Assembly: GCA_964016885.1 (NCBI GenBank)
Contig: OZ024765.1
Span: forward strand, 10,788,001 to 10,852,000
DNA: 64,000 nucleotides
From: Eledone cirrhosa
Taxonomy: Eukaryota
Reading direction: 5' to 3'
Shown: piece after piece, positions 29,205-44,073 of the stretch
Position numbering within the stretch: the stretch's first letter is position 1
Layout: every line of letters starts with the position of its first letter
Made by a program: the position numbers and the translations under genes
Notes under the pieces: generated by a model
Told to the model about the DNA's origin: nothing
Databases searched by the model: none
Seen by the model: the letters and a program-made list of their open reading frames with translations, nothing else

Positions 29205-29950
29205 TGACTTCCAGATGAGTGGAGTGTGGTGTTGAGTTGACCTCGTGATGAGTGGAGTGTGGTGTCCAGTTGACCTCCTGATGAGTGGAGTGTGGTGTCC
29301 AGTTGACCTCCTGATGAGTGGAGTGTGGTGTCCAGTTGACGTCATGATGAGTGGAGTGTGGTGTCCAGTTGACCTCCTGATGAGTGGAGTGTGGTGTCCA
29401 GTTGACCTCCTGATGAGTGGAGTGTGGTGTTGAGTTGACGTCCTGATGAGTGGAGTGTGGTGTCCAGTTGACCTCCTGATGAGTGGAGTGTGGTGTCCAG
29501 TTGACGTCATGATGAGTAGAGTGTGGTGTCCAGTTGACCTCATGATGAGTGGAGTGTGGTGTCCAGTTGACCTCCTGATGAGTGGAGTGTGGTGTCCAGT
29601 TGACCTCCTGATGAGTGGAGTGTGGTGTCCAGTTGACCTCATGATGAGTAGAGTGTGGTGTTCAAGTGACCTCTGAATGAGTGGAGTGTGGTGTCCAGTT
29701 GACCTCCTGATGAGTGGTGTGTGGTGTCCAGTTGACCTCCAGATGAGTGGAGTGTGGTGTCCAGTTGACCTCCTGATGAGTGGAGTGTGGTGTCCAGTTG
29801 ACCTCCTGATGAGTGGAGTGTGGTGTCCAGTTGACGTCCTGATGAGTGGAGTGTGGTGTCCAGTTGACGTCATGATGAGTGGAGTGTGGTGTCCAGTTGA
29901 CGTCCTGATGAGTGGAGTGTGGTGTTCAAGTGACCTCTGAATGAGTGACT
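29205..29950. repeat. 33-bp minisatellite, about 22 copies
   Basis: gatgagtggagtgtggtgtccagttgacctcct units. Confidence 0.92.
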
Positions 29951-30313
29951 GGTCTTGGTCTTCTGACAATTCAACCTAAATGTGTGTGTATGTATGTGTG
30001 TGTGTGTGCGTGTGTGTGATTGAGTGCTCTTGTGTGTATGTATGTGCATGTGTATGTGTGCGTTTACGTATGCCTGTAAACTATTTCCATGTGTGTGTGT
30101 GTGTGTATATATATAGGTCTGTGTGTGTGTATGTATATAGGTCTGTGTGTGTGTATATAGGTGTGTGTGTGTGTATATATATGTCTGTGTGTGTGTATGT
30201 ATATAGGTCTGTGTGTGTGTGTATGTATATAGGTCTGTGTGTGTGTATGTATATAGGTGTGTGTGCAGAAGGGGGATGAAGGTGTGTATATAAGTGTGTG
30301 CACATGTCTGTGC

Positions 30314-30353
<40 letters not shown>

Positions 30354-30456
30354 ATATAGACGTGTGTGTATGTATATATGTGTGTGTGTATATGTGTGTA
30401 TATAAGTGTATATATGTTTGTATATATGTATATATGTGTATATGTGTGTGTGTGTA

Positions 30457-30499
<43 letters not shown>

Positions 30500-30668
30500 G
30501 TATTTATATATATATATATATGTATGTATTTATATATATATATATGTATATATATTTATATATATATATATATATATGTGTGTATATATTTATGTATGTA
30601 TATATATATACATATGTATGTATGTATGTATATATATATATGTATGTATATATATATATGTATGTATG

Positions 30669-30791
<123 letters not shown>

Positions 30792-31015
30792 ATATATATA
30801 TATATACATATATATATTATTTGAAGCATGCAGCACCTCCCAATGTAGCTTGATGACTTTTTGATGAAATCTTTGTCTTGTCAATTACTATTATTATTAT
30901 TATTACTATTATTATTACTACTATTATTACTGTATCTTCCATTGCTATTGTAAGGTCCTCTTTATCTGGCCCCTTGTGCCGAATAAATGAACTTATTATC
31001 ATTGTTATTATTATG

Positions 31016-31231
31016 AGCGGTGGTTTGGCAGTATCGGTAGAGCGTCAGACACCATGCTTTGCAGCATAGAGTTATGGCCCTTTACGTCCTGAGTTCAAAT
31101 CCCGCCGAGGTTAACTTTACCTTTCATCCTTACAGGGTCGATAAAATAAAGCACCAGTAATTCACTGGGTTCGATATAATCAACTTTCCCCCTCCCCCCA
31201 AAATTGCTGGCCTTGTGCCTATATAAGAAAC

Positions 31232-31268
<37 letters not shown>

Positions 31269-31896
31269 TGATTGGCAGTATTGGTAGAGAGTCGGACACC
31301 ATGCTTTGCAGCATAGAGTTACGTCCCTTTATGGTTTGATTTCAAATCCCGCCGAGGTTAAATTTTGTCTTTCATCCTTACGAGGTCGATAAGATAAAGC
31401 ACCAGTAATGCACTGGGGTAATTGCTGGCCTTGTGCGAAAAGTAGAAACAATTATTATTATTATTACTATTCTTCTAAGGGCGGTGGATTGGCAGTATTG
31501 GTAAAGGGTCGGACGCCATGCTTTGCAGCACAGTTACGTCCCTTTACGGACTGAGTTCAAATGCCGCCGAGGTTAGCTTTGCCTTTCATCCTTACGGAGT
31601 CGATAAAATAAAGTACCAGTAATACACTGGGGTAATTGCTGGCCTTGTGCCAAAAGCAGAAATAATTATTACTATCCTTGGAGTCTCAGTCATTGATGTT
31701 ATTTAACTGGAAAGTGGTGGATTGGCAGTATCGGTAGAGGGTTGGACGCCATGCTTTCCAGCATAATTACGTCCCTTTACGATCTGAGTGCAAATCCCGC
31801 CGAGGTTGACTTTGCCTTTCATCCTTACGGGGTCGATAAAATAAAGTACCAGTAATGCACTGGGTAATTGCTGGCCTTGTGCCTAAAGTAGAAACA
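31016..31896 (+). mobile_element. Cluster of four SINE family 1 copies
   Basis: Four A-box/B-box units in tandem. The last has an 18-bp target-site duplication. Confidence 0.85.
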
Positions 31897-32130
31897 GTTA
31901 TTTAACTGGAAAGTTTGTTCAAATGAACATCAAGCCGCTACCTGCAGCCTCAGATATTCAGGACGTATCGGAGGGTTCTTGCTGTTCCCAGCAAGCATGT
32001 CTTTTGAAGTGTTCCAAAAAAAAGAGGGCTGGACTAATGTTCTTTAACCGTCCTTGGAAACTCTTCGAGATAGTACCTAGTGCTCCTATGACAGTCGGGA
32101 CAGGCTTGATCTCATGACAGCCCCAAATCT
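31675..32130 (-). mobile_element. Second, shorter Dong/R4-like 3' fragment interrupted by a SINE
   Basis: Homologous to 27512-27770 (gagtctcagtcattgatgttatttaactggaaagt...gctacctgcagcctcagatattcagg...gatagtacctagtgctcctatgac). Confidence 0.8.
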
Positions 32131-33070
32131 AAAACTATATCTTAAGTATATTTCAATTCCTTTTTTTCATATGGAAAAAATAAAAGCAAAAAAAAAAAAA
32201 AAAAAAATCTACAAACGCAAAACAAAATTAATTTTCAGACATTGTCCACTTCCTCCTCCTCCTTTTTGTAATTAATATTTTAAAAAATTGTAAGTATTTC
32301 CTGTTTAATTAAACTAATTTGGTTTAACTAACTGGTGTGAAACTTTAATGAAGTTTCTGTGGGTTATTTTTTCATTATTTTTCTTCAAAACTTAAATCTA
32401 AAAATAATAATAATTCCTCGTCTCATTAAATTTGGTGTTTTTGATTACTTTTTTACTCATATCTTTTAAAATTTTCTTTTTACTTATATTTTTTAATTAG
32501 AAAAAAAAAATACTTTCTCTTTCTAATTTGCTCACTCAATTTTCTTTATTTCGTTTAAATAGATTTTTCATATTCTAAATTCAAGGAACATATTACTTTA
32601 TTTGACAAATTTTAATTAAATTATTGCTTGAATATCCATGTCTCACAACCATAGAACAGATTCAACTGTTGCTAAAATAGTTTTAACTTCTGATTTAAAT
32701 TACTGATTAAAATTGAACTATCATTGATTAAAATTGAACTATCATTTCACTGAACAAAATTCTGTATTGGTGATATGGCATGCTAAGGATCATCTGTGAC
32801 ATGTGAGAATACATTTTATCTAGCTGATATTTTATATATAGATGTATAAAAGACTATTTCTTCAGAATCTCTCACACAGTGACATTCCAATAGCAACATA
32901 GCTGAGCTATCTTTTCAGTTAATGTTAGCAACCCATCATAAACTTCTATATTAGTTGTGTGGCTATTTTAAATGATGCTAAGGACCATGAGTAATACATA
33001 CAGCTGTACATTTTATCTAGATGATTTTCCAAAGCTTTTATGCCAGTGTTCAAGTATCATGACCATATAT

Positions 33071-33826
33071 TAACCCTTTCGTTACCATTAATTCTAATGA
33101 AATAACGTATTTGAATTAATTAATGAAGAATTTGGAGGGATTCATTAACATTGTTAATTATTTCATTATTAAGATTGTATTTGTAACTTAACAAAATGTT
33201 CTTTATCAAATTATGTTGGAACATTTTAAAATGGGAGGGTGTTATTTTTCATAGAACCAAAGTCATTTTGGTAGGGATGGTATCAAAAAAGGTTAATGAA
33301 GAATTTTGAAGGATTTACTAAAATTATCTAATTACTAAGATAGTAATTTAACATATGGTCCTTATTTAAAATTATGTTGGGAGATTTTAAACTAAATAGG
33401 AACCCTTTAAAATAGGTAATTTTAATCAGAGCTGGTTTGGGGATAGGATTGGTTATTATCAAGAGTTACATAGGAATCATTTAAAATTGGTGACTTCATT
33501 CCATAGTACCAGGTGAGCTTTGTTTCAAAGAACCCATGTCAATTTTTGGTGGGTTAGTACCAAAAGGGTTAAATAGGAACCCCTTGAAGTAGGTGAGTTT
33601 TTTTCATCGAACCAGAAGCAGTTTTGGTCAGGTTGGTATGATAAGGGTTGTATAGGAACCCTTTAAAATGGGTGAGTTTTTTTTTAATTGAACCAGAGGC
33701 AGTTTTGGTCAGGTTGGTATCGTAAGGGTTAAAAAAGGTGACCCTTTAAAATGGGTAAGTTTTTTTTTTTTTTTTTTTTCATAGATCCAGGGTCATTTTT
33801 GGTCAGGTTCGTATCAAAAGGGTTTA
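33071..33826. mobile_element. Degenerate tandem fragments of a second piggyBac-like MITE family directly upstream of an exon
   Basis: ttaaccctttcgttacca...tggtatcaaaagggttaa ends and repeated aaataggaaccctttaaaatgggtg units. Related pieces at about 20.5-20.8, 46.5-46.8, 47.8-48.0 and 56.0-56.2 kb. Confidence 0.55.
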
Positions 33827-33852
33827 ATCATATATCTCTTCCACCCCACCAG

Positions 33853-34162
33853 GATCAACGAATTAAAGAATTGAACCAAACATCTCCACAGACCTCCCCA
33901 CAGAACCAACCGACTACATATGCGTCGACGAACCCATTTAGCAGCGGCCCAACGGAGACGGCATCCGACCTGCTTCTCGATACTAGTTTGACCAATCAGC
34001 CTACAAAACCTATCAATGACCTGCTCGGTTTGTCTGCCTCCACTAATCCGTTTGTTGACAGTCTTCCCACGAATGCAGTGTCCCCCGGTCAAACCACCAC
34101 CATGACCTCCATGGGCTGGGCTGCTAAGCCAGCGTCACCCGCCATGAACACTACGGCCCAAG
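33853..34162 (+). CDS. PICALM: AP180/PICALM exon, start of disordered tail: DQRIKELNQTSPQ...STNPF...SDLLL...NDLLGLSASTNPF...MNTTAQ
   Basis: caccag acceptor, gtatgt donor, phase 0 to 1. DQRIKEL continues the EQRLKEL motif. Two NPF and two DLL motifs, and higher GC than the flanks. Confidence 0.92.
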
Positions 34163-34181
34163 GTATGTTTATATATATATG

Positions 34182-34213
<32 letters not shown>

Positions 34214-34221
34214 TGTATATC

Positions 34222-34269
<48 letters not shown>

Positions 34270-34378
34270 CTCTTTTAGTCATTAGACTGCAGTCATGCTG
34301 GGACACTACCTTATATTTATGCATGTATATACATATACATACCATCATCCTTATGTATATATAAATATATATATATGA

Positions 34379-34409
<31 letters not shown>

Positions 34410-34491
34410 TAAACAAATAATGAATAAACAATTTCTTATATTAAACAAAAAAAGTTCATTATTTAACAATCGTTTCTAGGATATATATGTG

Positions 34492-34539
<48 letters not shown>

Positions 34540-34580
34540 TTATATAAATATATATATATATATAAATATATATATATATT

Positions 34581-34800
<220 letters not shown>

Positions 34801-34941
34801 AATATATATATATATTTATATATATATATATATAAAAATGAAGTAATTCCGTCGGAAAGGTCCAGGAAAAAAGAGTGCTCTATGTAGGTTATATATATAT
34901 TTATATATATATATATATATATTTATTTACATATATATTTA

Positions 34942-35014
<73 letters not shown>

Positions 35015-35534
35015 ATATATATAAATTCATATATATATAAAAAAAAAAAAAAATATACACTCACACATATCACCATCCTTATATATGTGTGTGTGTATAT
35101 ATGTATATATGTATATATATATATATCGAAATCTTCTTCTCAATGGATTTCCGCATGGATTATCCATCTATTTTGAGACTTGAAACTGCGCGGTAAGAGT
35201 AATAGTAGCAGGTCCAGTGAACTTTTTAAAATTTATTTAAAAACTTTTTCGTATTTGCTAAACCTTGATTATATATGCAAGCAGGGAAAAGTGGACGTAA
35301 AATGATGATGATGATATGTGCATATATATATATATGTGCATATGTGTGTGTATGTGTATATGTGTGTGTGTATATATATATATATACATGCATATATCTT
35401 ATCATCCTTTTATATATATGTATACGAAAAGTATAAATGGAAACAACAAAGCAAAAAATACGGTACAATGTAGAAATATATTAGTTTAACACTTGATATT
35501 GTAGGAAAAGAGTCTTCATGTTTATATATATTCA

Positions 35535-35565
<31 letters not shown>

Positions 35566-35630
35566 TTTCATATATATATATTCATATACAATATATTAAC
35601 AAATGGAAACTATATTTATAAAACCATATT

Positions 35631-35696
35631 TATTTCATTATACATATTTCAAGGGCCACCAAAGCAAACTATGGTGCACTTTCACCAGATAACATA
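35631..35696 (-). ncRNA. Hammerhead motif (family A) with mutated core
   Basis: Paralog of 57092-57157, but the core reads CTGGTGA instead of CTGATGA. Confidence 0.6.
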
Positions 35697-35985
35697 TAAT
35701 ATAGGTATATATTTTAAAATTTATTTAAAAATATATTTTAAAATTTATTTAAAAATATATACCTATATTATATATATGTAGGTATATATATATAAATATA
35801 TTGTATATTTACTCCAATAATTTGTTGAGTGCTTTATATCAGTTATAAAAATATTTTGCTTGTTGTATCCCAACAAATTAAATATAACCTCTACATACAC
35901 GAAAGTTTGGAAGAAACGATTGTCAGCAATAAAATGATTTGAACATAACTTTGTTACTTGTATAATTTATATATATTCATATATA

Positions 35986-36035
<50 letters not shown>

Positions 36036-37209
36036 TAATATATATATATATATATATATTCATAATATATATATATATATATATATATTCATAATATATA
36101 TATATATATATATATTCATAATATATATATATATATATTCATAATATATATATTCATATATTCATATTCATATATATATATATTCATATTCATATATATA
36201 TATATTTATATATTCATATATATATATATTTATATATTCATATATATATATATTTATATATTCATAATATATATATATATATATATTCATAATATATATA
36301 TATATATATTCATAATATATATATATATATTCATAATATATATATTCATATTCATAATATATATATATATATTCATAATATATATATTCATATTCATATA
36401 TATATATATTCATATTCATATATATATATATTTATATATTCATATATATATATATTTATATATTCATATATATATATATTTATATATTCATATATATATA
36501 TATTTATATATTCATAGATATATATTTATATATTCATATATATATATTCATATATATATATATATTCATATATTCATATATATATATTCATATATATATA
36601 TATTCATATATATATATATCATCATCATCATCATCGTTTAACGTCCATCTTCCACGCTAACATGGGTTGGGCGGTTTTGTTCCATTTGATGCTGGAATGG
36701 TCAGGAGACGATGTCTCGCTTGCACGGAAGCGTCTCTGGCAGGTATTTTACAGCTGGGTGCCCTTCGTAACACCAACCACATTTACAGTGTCTCCTACGC
36801 GACTGACTACCTTACAGTGTGGACTGCTGTGTCATCGACACAGTAGACGGAGAGGGAGGGTGAGGTAGGGCGTGGTGGTGAGGTGTACATTGAGTTAAGA
36901 GGTGCCAACTGACTGTAGGTTTGTATGCAGCGGTAGTCAGGTCTTCTGTGCAACCGCATGGCGCCAAAATGATAATTAATGTCATTCCTGCACCAACAAT
37001 AGGACTCAACATCTAAGATGGATGAGTTTTGTTATGTTGAGTGCTTTTCCTACTATTACAGCGTGGTTAACTACACAGAATGACCAGTTCTATGCAGTTG
37101 TGAGCCACCAAACTTAAATGAATATATATACATTACCCACTCTACTACCCTAAGTATTGAGTACTTTGGTGCGTTATGATCCATCTGGTTCCTTACCATA
37201 ATTCCTTCG

Positions 37210-37259
<50 letters not shown>

Positions 37260-37626
37260 TTAATATATAAAGGAACAAAGAATCTATTAATAATCGAATC
37301 TGACTCACGTTTGATCATTAATAGATCGTTCCTCGAGCTGATCGACAGTGAAACATATGTAATATGTAATAAATATGTATATGGTACAACACTGATTATT
37401 TGTTCCTTTATATATTAATACTATTGATTCTCTGCTCCCCAAGAGCTTCGAATGCTCATCCGGCATACCCCCTAGGAACACAATTAACTTGCACCTTAAC
37501 ACACACATGTATATATATATTCTTCTGTCCTACGCCATCTTGTTTTTGTGCGTGTGAACACACACCAAAGCAAGATGGCGTAGGACAGAACAAAGGAGAG
37601 GCACAAAATAAAGAAAAGAATCCCCA

Positions 37627-37669
37627 GTCACTGAAGAGGTCACAGAATGTGTGACGAAAGAATTTTGAC
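37627..37669 (+). ncRNA. Degenerate hammerhead-like motif (paralog at 16771-16813, minus strand)
   Basis: gtca CTGAAGA g gtcaca gaatg tgtgac GAAA gaat TT tgac. Stem III is poorly formed. Confidence 0.45.
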
Positions 37670-38109
37670 AATATATGAACAACCATCCAGTTATAGAACC
37701 AACCAACCAAGCGGAAATTTATAATAAATTGGAGTGAAAGCAACTGGTGCATGTGTTTCTTATTGGCAACATGACCCTCCCAAAGTATAACAATATCGGT
37801 TTCAACACACGTTTTCAGATAAGGAATCTTGCTAAGAAAATTCAGAAACGAAATATATATTCATATAAATAGGAAAATGTTTAACCCTGACGGCAGAGGT
37901 CAAGCCATTTCGACAGTTATTTTTGGACTCCAGGAATAGCCGTCAAAATGGGTTGAGCTCTGCCGTCGGGGTTAAACATTTTCCTATTACCCACTCTGCT
38001 ACCCTAAGTATTGAGGACTCTGGTGCGTTATGGTCCATCTGGTTCTCTTTACCACACTTTCTTCGTTATTCATATATATATATATATATTCATATATATA
38101 TATATATTC

Positions 38110-38165
<56 letters not shown>

Positions 38166-38220
38166 TATATATCTATATATATATTCATATATTTATATAT
38201 ATTCATATATATATATATTC

Positions 38221-38290
<70 letters not shown>

Positions 38291-39085
38291 ATATATATAT
38301 TCATATATATATATATATATATTCATATATATATATATTCATATATATATATATTCATATATATATATATTCATATATATATATATATATATTTATATAT
38401 ATTTATATATATATATATTTATATATAGATATATTCATATAGATATATATATATATATTTATATATATATATATTCATATATATATATTCATATATATAT
38501 ATTCATATATATATATATTTATATATATATATTCATATATATATAAATATATATTCATATGTGTATATTTATTCATATTTAATATTGTAAAAATGTCAAG
38601 GATATGAAATTATAATTTATTCTCTCATTTGTACGCATGTTTCAATATGGCTAACATACCACATTCATTTGCAGAACAACTGGAAATTAACAGTTAACAA
38701 TTATCTACATCGAACGTGTTACATCTAAACCATATATCTTATATTTTGTAATTCTCTGCTCTCCGAGTTTAAATCCCACCGAAGTCAACTTTGCTTTTCA
38801 TCCTTTTGAGGTCGATAAAAAAAAATAGGTACATCAAAGGTACATCAAAGTTTACGTTTCGCTAATGTACCGTTGGAGTTAGTTAGAAAGAAGTACCAGT
38901 CTAGTACTGCAGTCGATTCTACCTCTATATCTCTTTTTCACTTCCTTTCTCTCTCACTCTATCTCTCCATATATATATATATATATATATAATACCAGTC
39001 AAGTACTGGGGTGGATTCTTCCTCTATGTCTCTTTTTCACTTCCTTTCTTTCTCACTCTATCTCTCCATATATATATATATATAT

Positions 39086-39278
39086 ATAATTGTTTCTACT
39101 ATTGGCACAAGGCCAGAAATTACCTAGTACATTACTGGTACTTTATTTTATCGACCCCGTAAGGATGAAAGGCAAAGTTAACCTCGGCGCGATTTGAACT
39201 CAGAATGGCAAGGGCCGTAACTCTATGCGTCAAAGCATGGCGTCCGACCCTCTACCGATACTGCCAATCCACCGCCCT
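39086..39278 (-). mobile_element. SINE family 1, inverted
   Basis: Reverse complement of the family 1 consensus, ending ccgatactgccaatccaccgccc. Confidence 0.8.
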
Positions 39279-39366
39279 TATATATATATATATAATACCA
39301 GTCAAATACTGGGGTCGATTCTTCCTCTATATCTTTTTCACTTCCTTTCTTTCTCACTCTATCTCT

Positions 39367-39400
<34 letters not shown>

Positions 39401-39494
39401 CCAGTCAAGTACTGGGGTTAATTCTTCCTCTATATCTCTTTCTCATTTCCTCTCTCTCTCACTCTATCTCTCCATATATATATATATATATAAT

Positions 39495-40140
39495 ACCAGT
39501 CAAGTACTGGGGTCGATTCTTTTTCTATATATCTTTCTCCTGTTCTTTCTCTCCCTTTCTATCCTTCTCTGGAAGAAATCTTCTGTGCTCAATCCTAAAG
39601 AGGAAATGGGCTCCATCAGGCTGAAAATTGCTGAGGTCAACTTTGCTTTTCATCCCTTTGAGGTCGATAATAAAAGTGCCAGTCTAGTACTGGGGTCGAT
39701 TCTTTTTCTATATATCTTTCTCCTGTTCTTTCTCTCCCTTTCTATCCTTCTCTGGAAGAAATCTTCTGTGCTCAATCCTAAAGAGGAAATGGGCTCCATC
39801 AGGCTGAAAATTGCTGAGGTCAACTTTGCTTTTCATCCCTTTGAGGTCGATAATAAAAGTGCCAGTCTAGTACTGGGGTCGATTCTTTTTCTATATATCT
39901 TTCTCCTGTTCTTTCTCTCCCTTTCTATCCTTCTCTGGAAGAAATCTTCTGTGCTCAATCCTAAAGAGGAAATGGGCTCCATCAGGCTGAAAATTGCTGA
40001 GGTCAACTTTGCTTTTCATCCCTTTGAGGTCGATAATAAAAGTGCCAGTCTAGTACTGGGGTCGATTCTTTTTCTATATATCTTTCTCCTGTTCTTTCTC
40101 TCCCTTTCTATCATTCTCTGGAAGAAATCTGCTGTACTCA
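39495..40140 (+). repeat. 183-bp tandem repeat (about 3.5 copies) derived from the SINE family 1 body
   Basis: ctgaggtcaactttg at 39631 and 39814, 183 bp apart, with near-identical units. Confidence 0.88.
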
Positions 40141-40437
40141 GGCATGGGAAGGGATGGGGCATCGACAGGCTTAACACGTCCAAGAGCCGCCATCTCTCAG
40201 TACAGTGCCCCCATGACTCTGCCAGGAGTTATGGGACTATACATACATATTTATCATATATATATATTTTTTTTTCTTTTGGTTTTCTTCTTTTTTTTCC
40301 CTGTTTTCTTTTCTTTTTTCTTTGTTTTTACCAAGGCTTTATTTTTAAAAGCTTTGTAGTTGTAGTTGTTGTTGTTGTTGTTGTTGTGTATTAGCTGTTG
40401 TTATTGCAATGCAGTATTATTGTAATTATTGTATTAA

Positions 40438-40630
40438 AGGGCGGTGGATTGGCAGTATCGGTAGTGGGTCGGACATGCTTTCCAGCATAGAGTTACGTCC
40501 CTTTACGATCTGACTTCAAATCCCGCCGAGGTTAACTTTGCCTTTCATCCATACGGGGGTCGATAAAATAAAGTACCAGTAATGTACTGGGGTAATTGCT
40601 GGCCTTGTGCCAAAAGTAGAAACAGTTATT
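40438..40630 (+). mobile_element. SINE family 1, full length
   Basis: gggcggtggattggcagtatcgg...gtagaaacagttatt. Confidence 0.8.
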
Positions 40631-41321
40631 GTATTGTACTGCAAGTGGTTGTGTATTCCAAAGATACTTGTACACTTAACGTAATTCTCAGGGAGATTCA
40701 GCATGACAAAGTGTGTGACATAGCCGGGACCTTTGAATTACAAGTACAATCCATCTTGTATTATATTTTAAGTGGCTGAGTAATCCACAGATTCAAGTAT
40801 CCTTAATGAAGTTCTCAGGGAGATCCGGCTTAAGTGTGTGACAAGGCTGAACCTCTGACTTACAGGTACAGTCCATCTGGCAGGCTTCCACGCAGTTTCT
40901 GTCTACCAAATTTCACTCACATCAATGGCCTAGTGGATAATAATCACCATCTTCATCATTGTTTTAATGCCTGCTTTCCCTGCTAGCAAGGATTTGACAG
41001 GTCTACATAGACCAAGTCAGTACTGAAGTGAGGCTACTGACCTTCCAGACAGGCTGAAGGGTGGGGTAATCTTCATCTTGCTTATGTACAGTCCCACATT
41101 CTACTGAGTGTACAGAAGAGGTTGTCATGTCTGTGACACAACTAAAGGGTTCTGCCAACCCTTTGTTTGGCAAGCCTTCTATGGCTGGATGCCCTCTCTA
41201 TCACCAACCACTTTACAGCCTGTACTGAGTGCATTTATTGTGTAAATCACCAACACTAGGGAGGCTGTCATGTCCCTGACATGACTGAAGGGTCCTCCCA
41301 ATATAATAATAATAATAATAA

Positions 41322-41475
41322 TAATTGTTCCTACTTTTGGCACAAGGTCAGCAAGTACCCTGTACATTACTGGTACTTTATTTTATCGACCCCGTACGGA
41401 TGAAAGGCAAAGTTAATTTCGGCGCGATTTGAACTCAGAATAGCAAGGCCATAACTTTATGCCTCAAAGCATGGA
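41322..41475 (-). mobile_element. SINE family 1, inverted, 5'-truncated
   Basis: Reverse complement of the family 1 body and tail. Confidence 0.7.
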
Positions 41476-41584
41476 GAATCTGTCTAAATATAAAGACTTT
41501 TAGATTGATATCTCCACAATGTGGAACATAACCATCCAAACCATACCATTAGTAATCAGATAATTTAGCTTAATCAAAAAGGGA

Positions 41585-42260
41585 CTAGAAAAATTCTGAG
41601 AGGGTCACGGAGGAAGAGTCTTAAAACACTCTTCTCAGCAGCTCCTGTCAGAAGCAAATATTTCCAATTGATCAGGTTAGATCCCCAAGCAAGGGCAGCT
41701 GAGCTCATGAACGTTATCCAACCATGTTGCTTGGGGTCTACCCTTGGGTCACTTGCCAGTTGGTTTTGCCCGTAAAATCTGTCCAGCGATTCTTTCCTGA
41801 GACATTCTAACCACACGTCTCTAATATCGAAGTTGGGATCTCTCAATTTGGAGAAGTAGTGGCTATACCTAGATATATATTAATAATAATCTCTAACATA
41901 GCTTTCTCATGCCAGTTGCTTTTGCCCATAAATTCTCTCCAGCAATTCTTTACTAAGGCATTGTAACCACATGCCCATAGTTTCAGAGCTGTGATATCTG
42001 AATTCAGAGAAGTAGTGGCCCTACCTGGAGTGACTCTCTGATCTCTGAGCTACAAATCTGTCCAGTGATTCTTTCTTGAGACATTCTAACCACTTGCCTG
42101 TAAAATCGAAGTAGGGATCTCTCAAATCGGAGAAGTAACAGCTCTACCTGCTAGTTGGTTTTGCCTGTAAAATCTGTCTAGAGATTCTTTCCTGATACAT
42201 TCTAACCACATTTTTGTAATATCAGAGCTGTGATCTTTCAATTTAGAGAGGTAACAGCTT
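41585..42260 (-). mobile_element. RTE-clade LINE 3' fragments, inverted orientation, partially repeated
   Basis: Reverse complement matches the 13.3-13.85 kb fragment (gacattctaaccac, gagctgtgatctctcaatt, ctacctggagtgactctctgatctctgagctaca). Confidence 0.7.
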
Positions 42261-42570
42261 AAATAGAGAAGGTATTCTCAGGCTGACTTGTGTGTGTGGT
42301 GGGTAGCCTGGATCTCTGGAAAGACACCAAAGGAATGGCAATCGGGTGTGATAATCCCAATTTTCTGGAAAAATTCACCATGTAAGTCCCCCCTGAAGAA
42401 ACTTGCTGCTCTAGCATGGCCACATTTCAATGACTGACACTAGTAAAAAGCAATAATAGAATCTATGTGTTATATAGAATCCAGTTTAATGTTTTTATTT
42501 ATTTTTATTTATTTTTTATTTTATTTTATTTTATTTTGTTTTACTTTTTATTTCATTTTAATTTTTTTAG

Positions 42571-42639
42571 CCGGAGAATCAGCATTTACGACTGATGCTG
42601 CTTTTGCTGCAGCATTTCCTAATTCCTCAGTAACAACAG
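42571..42639 (+). CDS. PICALM: AP180/PICALM tail exon: (A)GESAFTTDAAFAAAFPNSSVTT
   Basis: Very long T-rich tract ending tttttttag, gtaaat donor, 69 nt, phase 1 to 1, no stop. Confidence 0.85.
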
Positions 42640-43394
42640 GTAAATATTCACTCAACCATACATTACACCTACATTAACAATTTATAATTATTTTTACAGC
42701 GTAGGCAGGTGCTGCGTTGGCAAAATTTGCAGAGGCTCATACAAAATTACCTTGTGGTATTTATTAATGATGCCTCTCTTACTTGTTTGAATAAGTTGAC
42801 GGCCACCAATCACTTGTAGTTTCATGGCAAACACTTTGAAACTAAGATATAATCAATACAAAAATACCTTTAACACTCAGCAAATTCTGTAGGGTATCAG
42901 AAAAAATTACTTATCAGTAATTACTAGTGACATTTTCTTACCTGTTTTGGTAAGTTGCCAACCACCTGACCATTATTAAACTTATATGGTTACATGGTAG
43001 TGTTTTCTAGTGATGTTTGTCTTACCAATTTGGGTAAGTTGCTGACCACTGTTAAACATATATAGGTTAATGGCAAACTCTTTCAAACTGAGATATAACC
43101 AACGCAAATACACATTTAACATTCTGGACAGGGCAATGGTAGATTGGCAAACTCTGTAGACTGTTACAGAAAATTACCTTAGTGTATTTACTAGTAATGT
43201 CTCTTTTTCACTCTTCTGAGGACTGCATTGCCTAAAATGGTTGGGCAGTTTGGTATTGGTTGCTGACCACCTGATCATGAGACATATTGTATTGTTAAAT
43301 CAATATAGTGCAATGGGAAAACACTTTCAAACTGTGATATAACCAAGATAGATATACATTTAACACTTAAGTCATAAAATCAGGCACAAATCTG

Positions 43395-43463
<69 letters not shown>

Positions 43464-43706
43464 CACACACACACATATATAAAACATATCAATTTAAAAA
43501 GAGTCCTGCATGGCTAAAAACATACAAATGAATAAAAAATATTAGTGAAGACAGGGAAATGAATGAATACAGACAGTTCAGTCTTATCAGTTGACCTCTA
43601 GAGATATGTAGTTTCAGTGCTTTAAGATTGATATAACTGGCTCTAGGGCACAAGGAGCAGTAACAAATGGTAAAGCACTGAAAAAACATATCTCTCGCAG
43701 TTGACT

Positions 43707-43749
<43 letters not shown>

Positions 43750-43754
43750 ACACA

Positions 43755-43817
<63 letters not shown>

Positions 43818-44039
43818 TTAGTGCTACCTTTACTTATCTGAGTGAATGACTATTATGTTTCCATGATAAAAACATTCTTAATCATAAATCAGAATTGATT
43901 TCGTTTTATCATCATAAACTGCAGTTCAGTTTGCGAAATTTAAAACCAAACAGTAGCATAATGACTTTTTTTCCTGAAGGAAAATGAACAGAGTTACTTC
44001 TCTTGTTTGTAGAGACTATAAAGAATTAGTTTTAAATTT

Positions 44040-44073
<34 letters not shown>

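Noticed and set aside
29205-29950. 33-bp repeat containing CTGATGA followed by a tgga/tcca mini-stem, and a 368-aa repeat ORF
   Set aside because: No GAAA or stem I/III follows, so it is not a hammerhead. The ORF results from a unit length divisible by 3.
39585-40394. 269-aa ORF with three hydrophobic 61-aa repeats
   Set aside because: Translation of a SINE-derived 183-bp tandem repeat, with no splice or start context.
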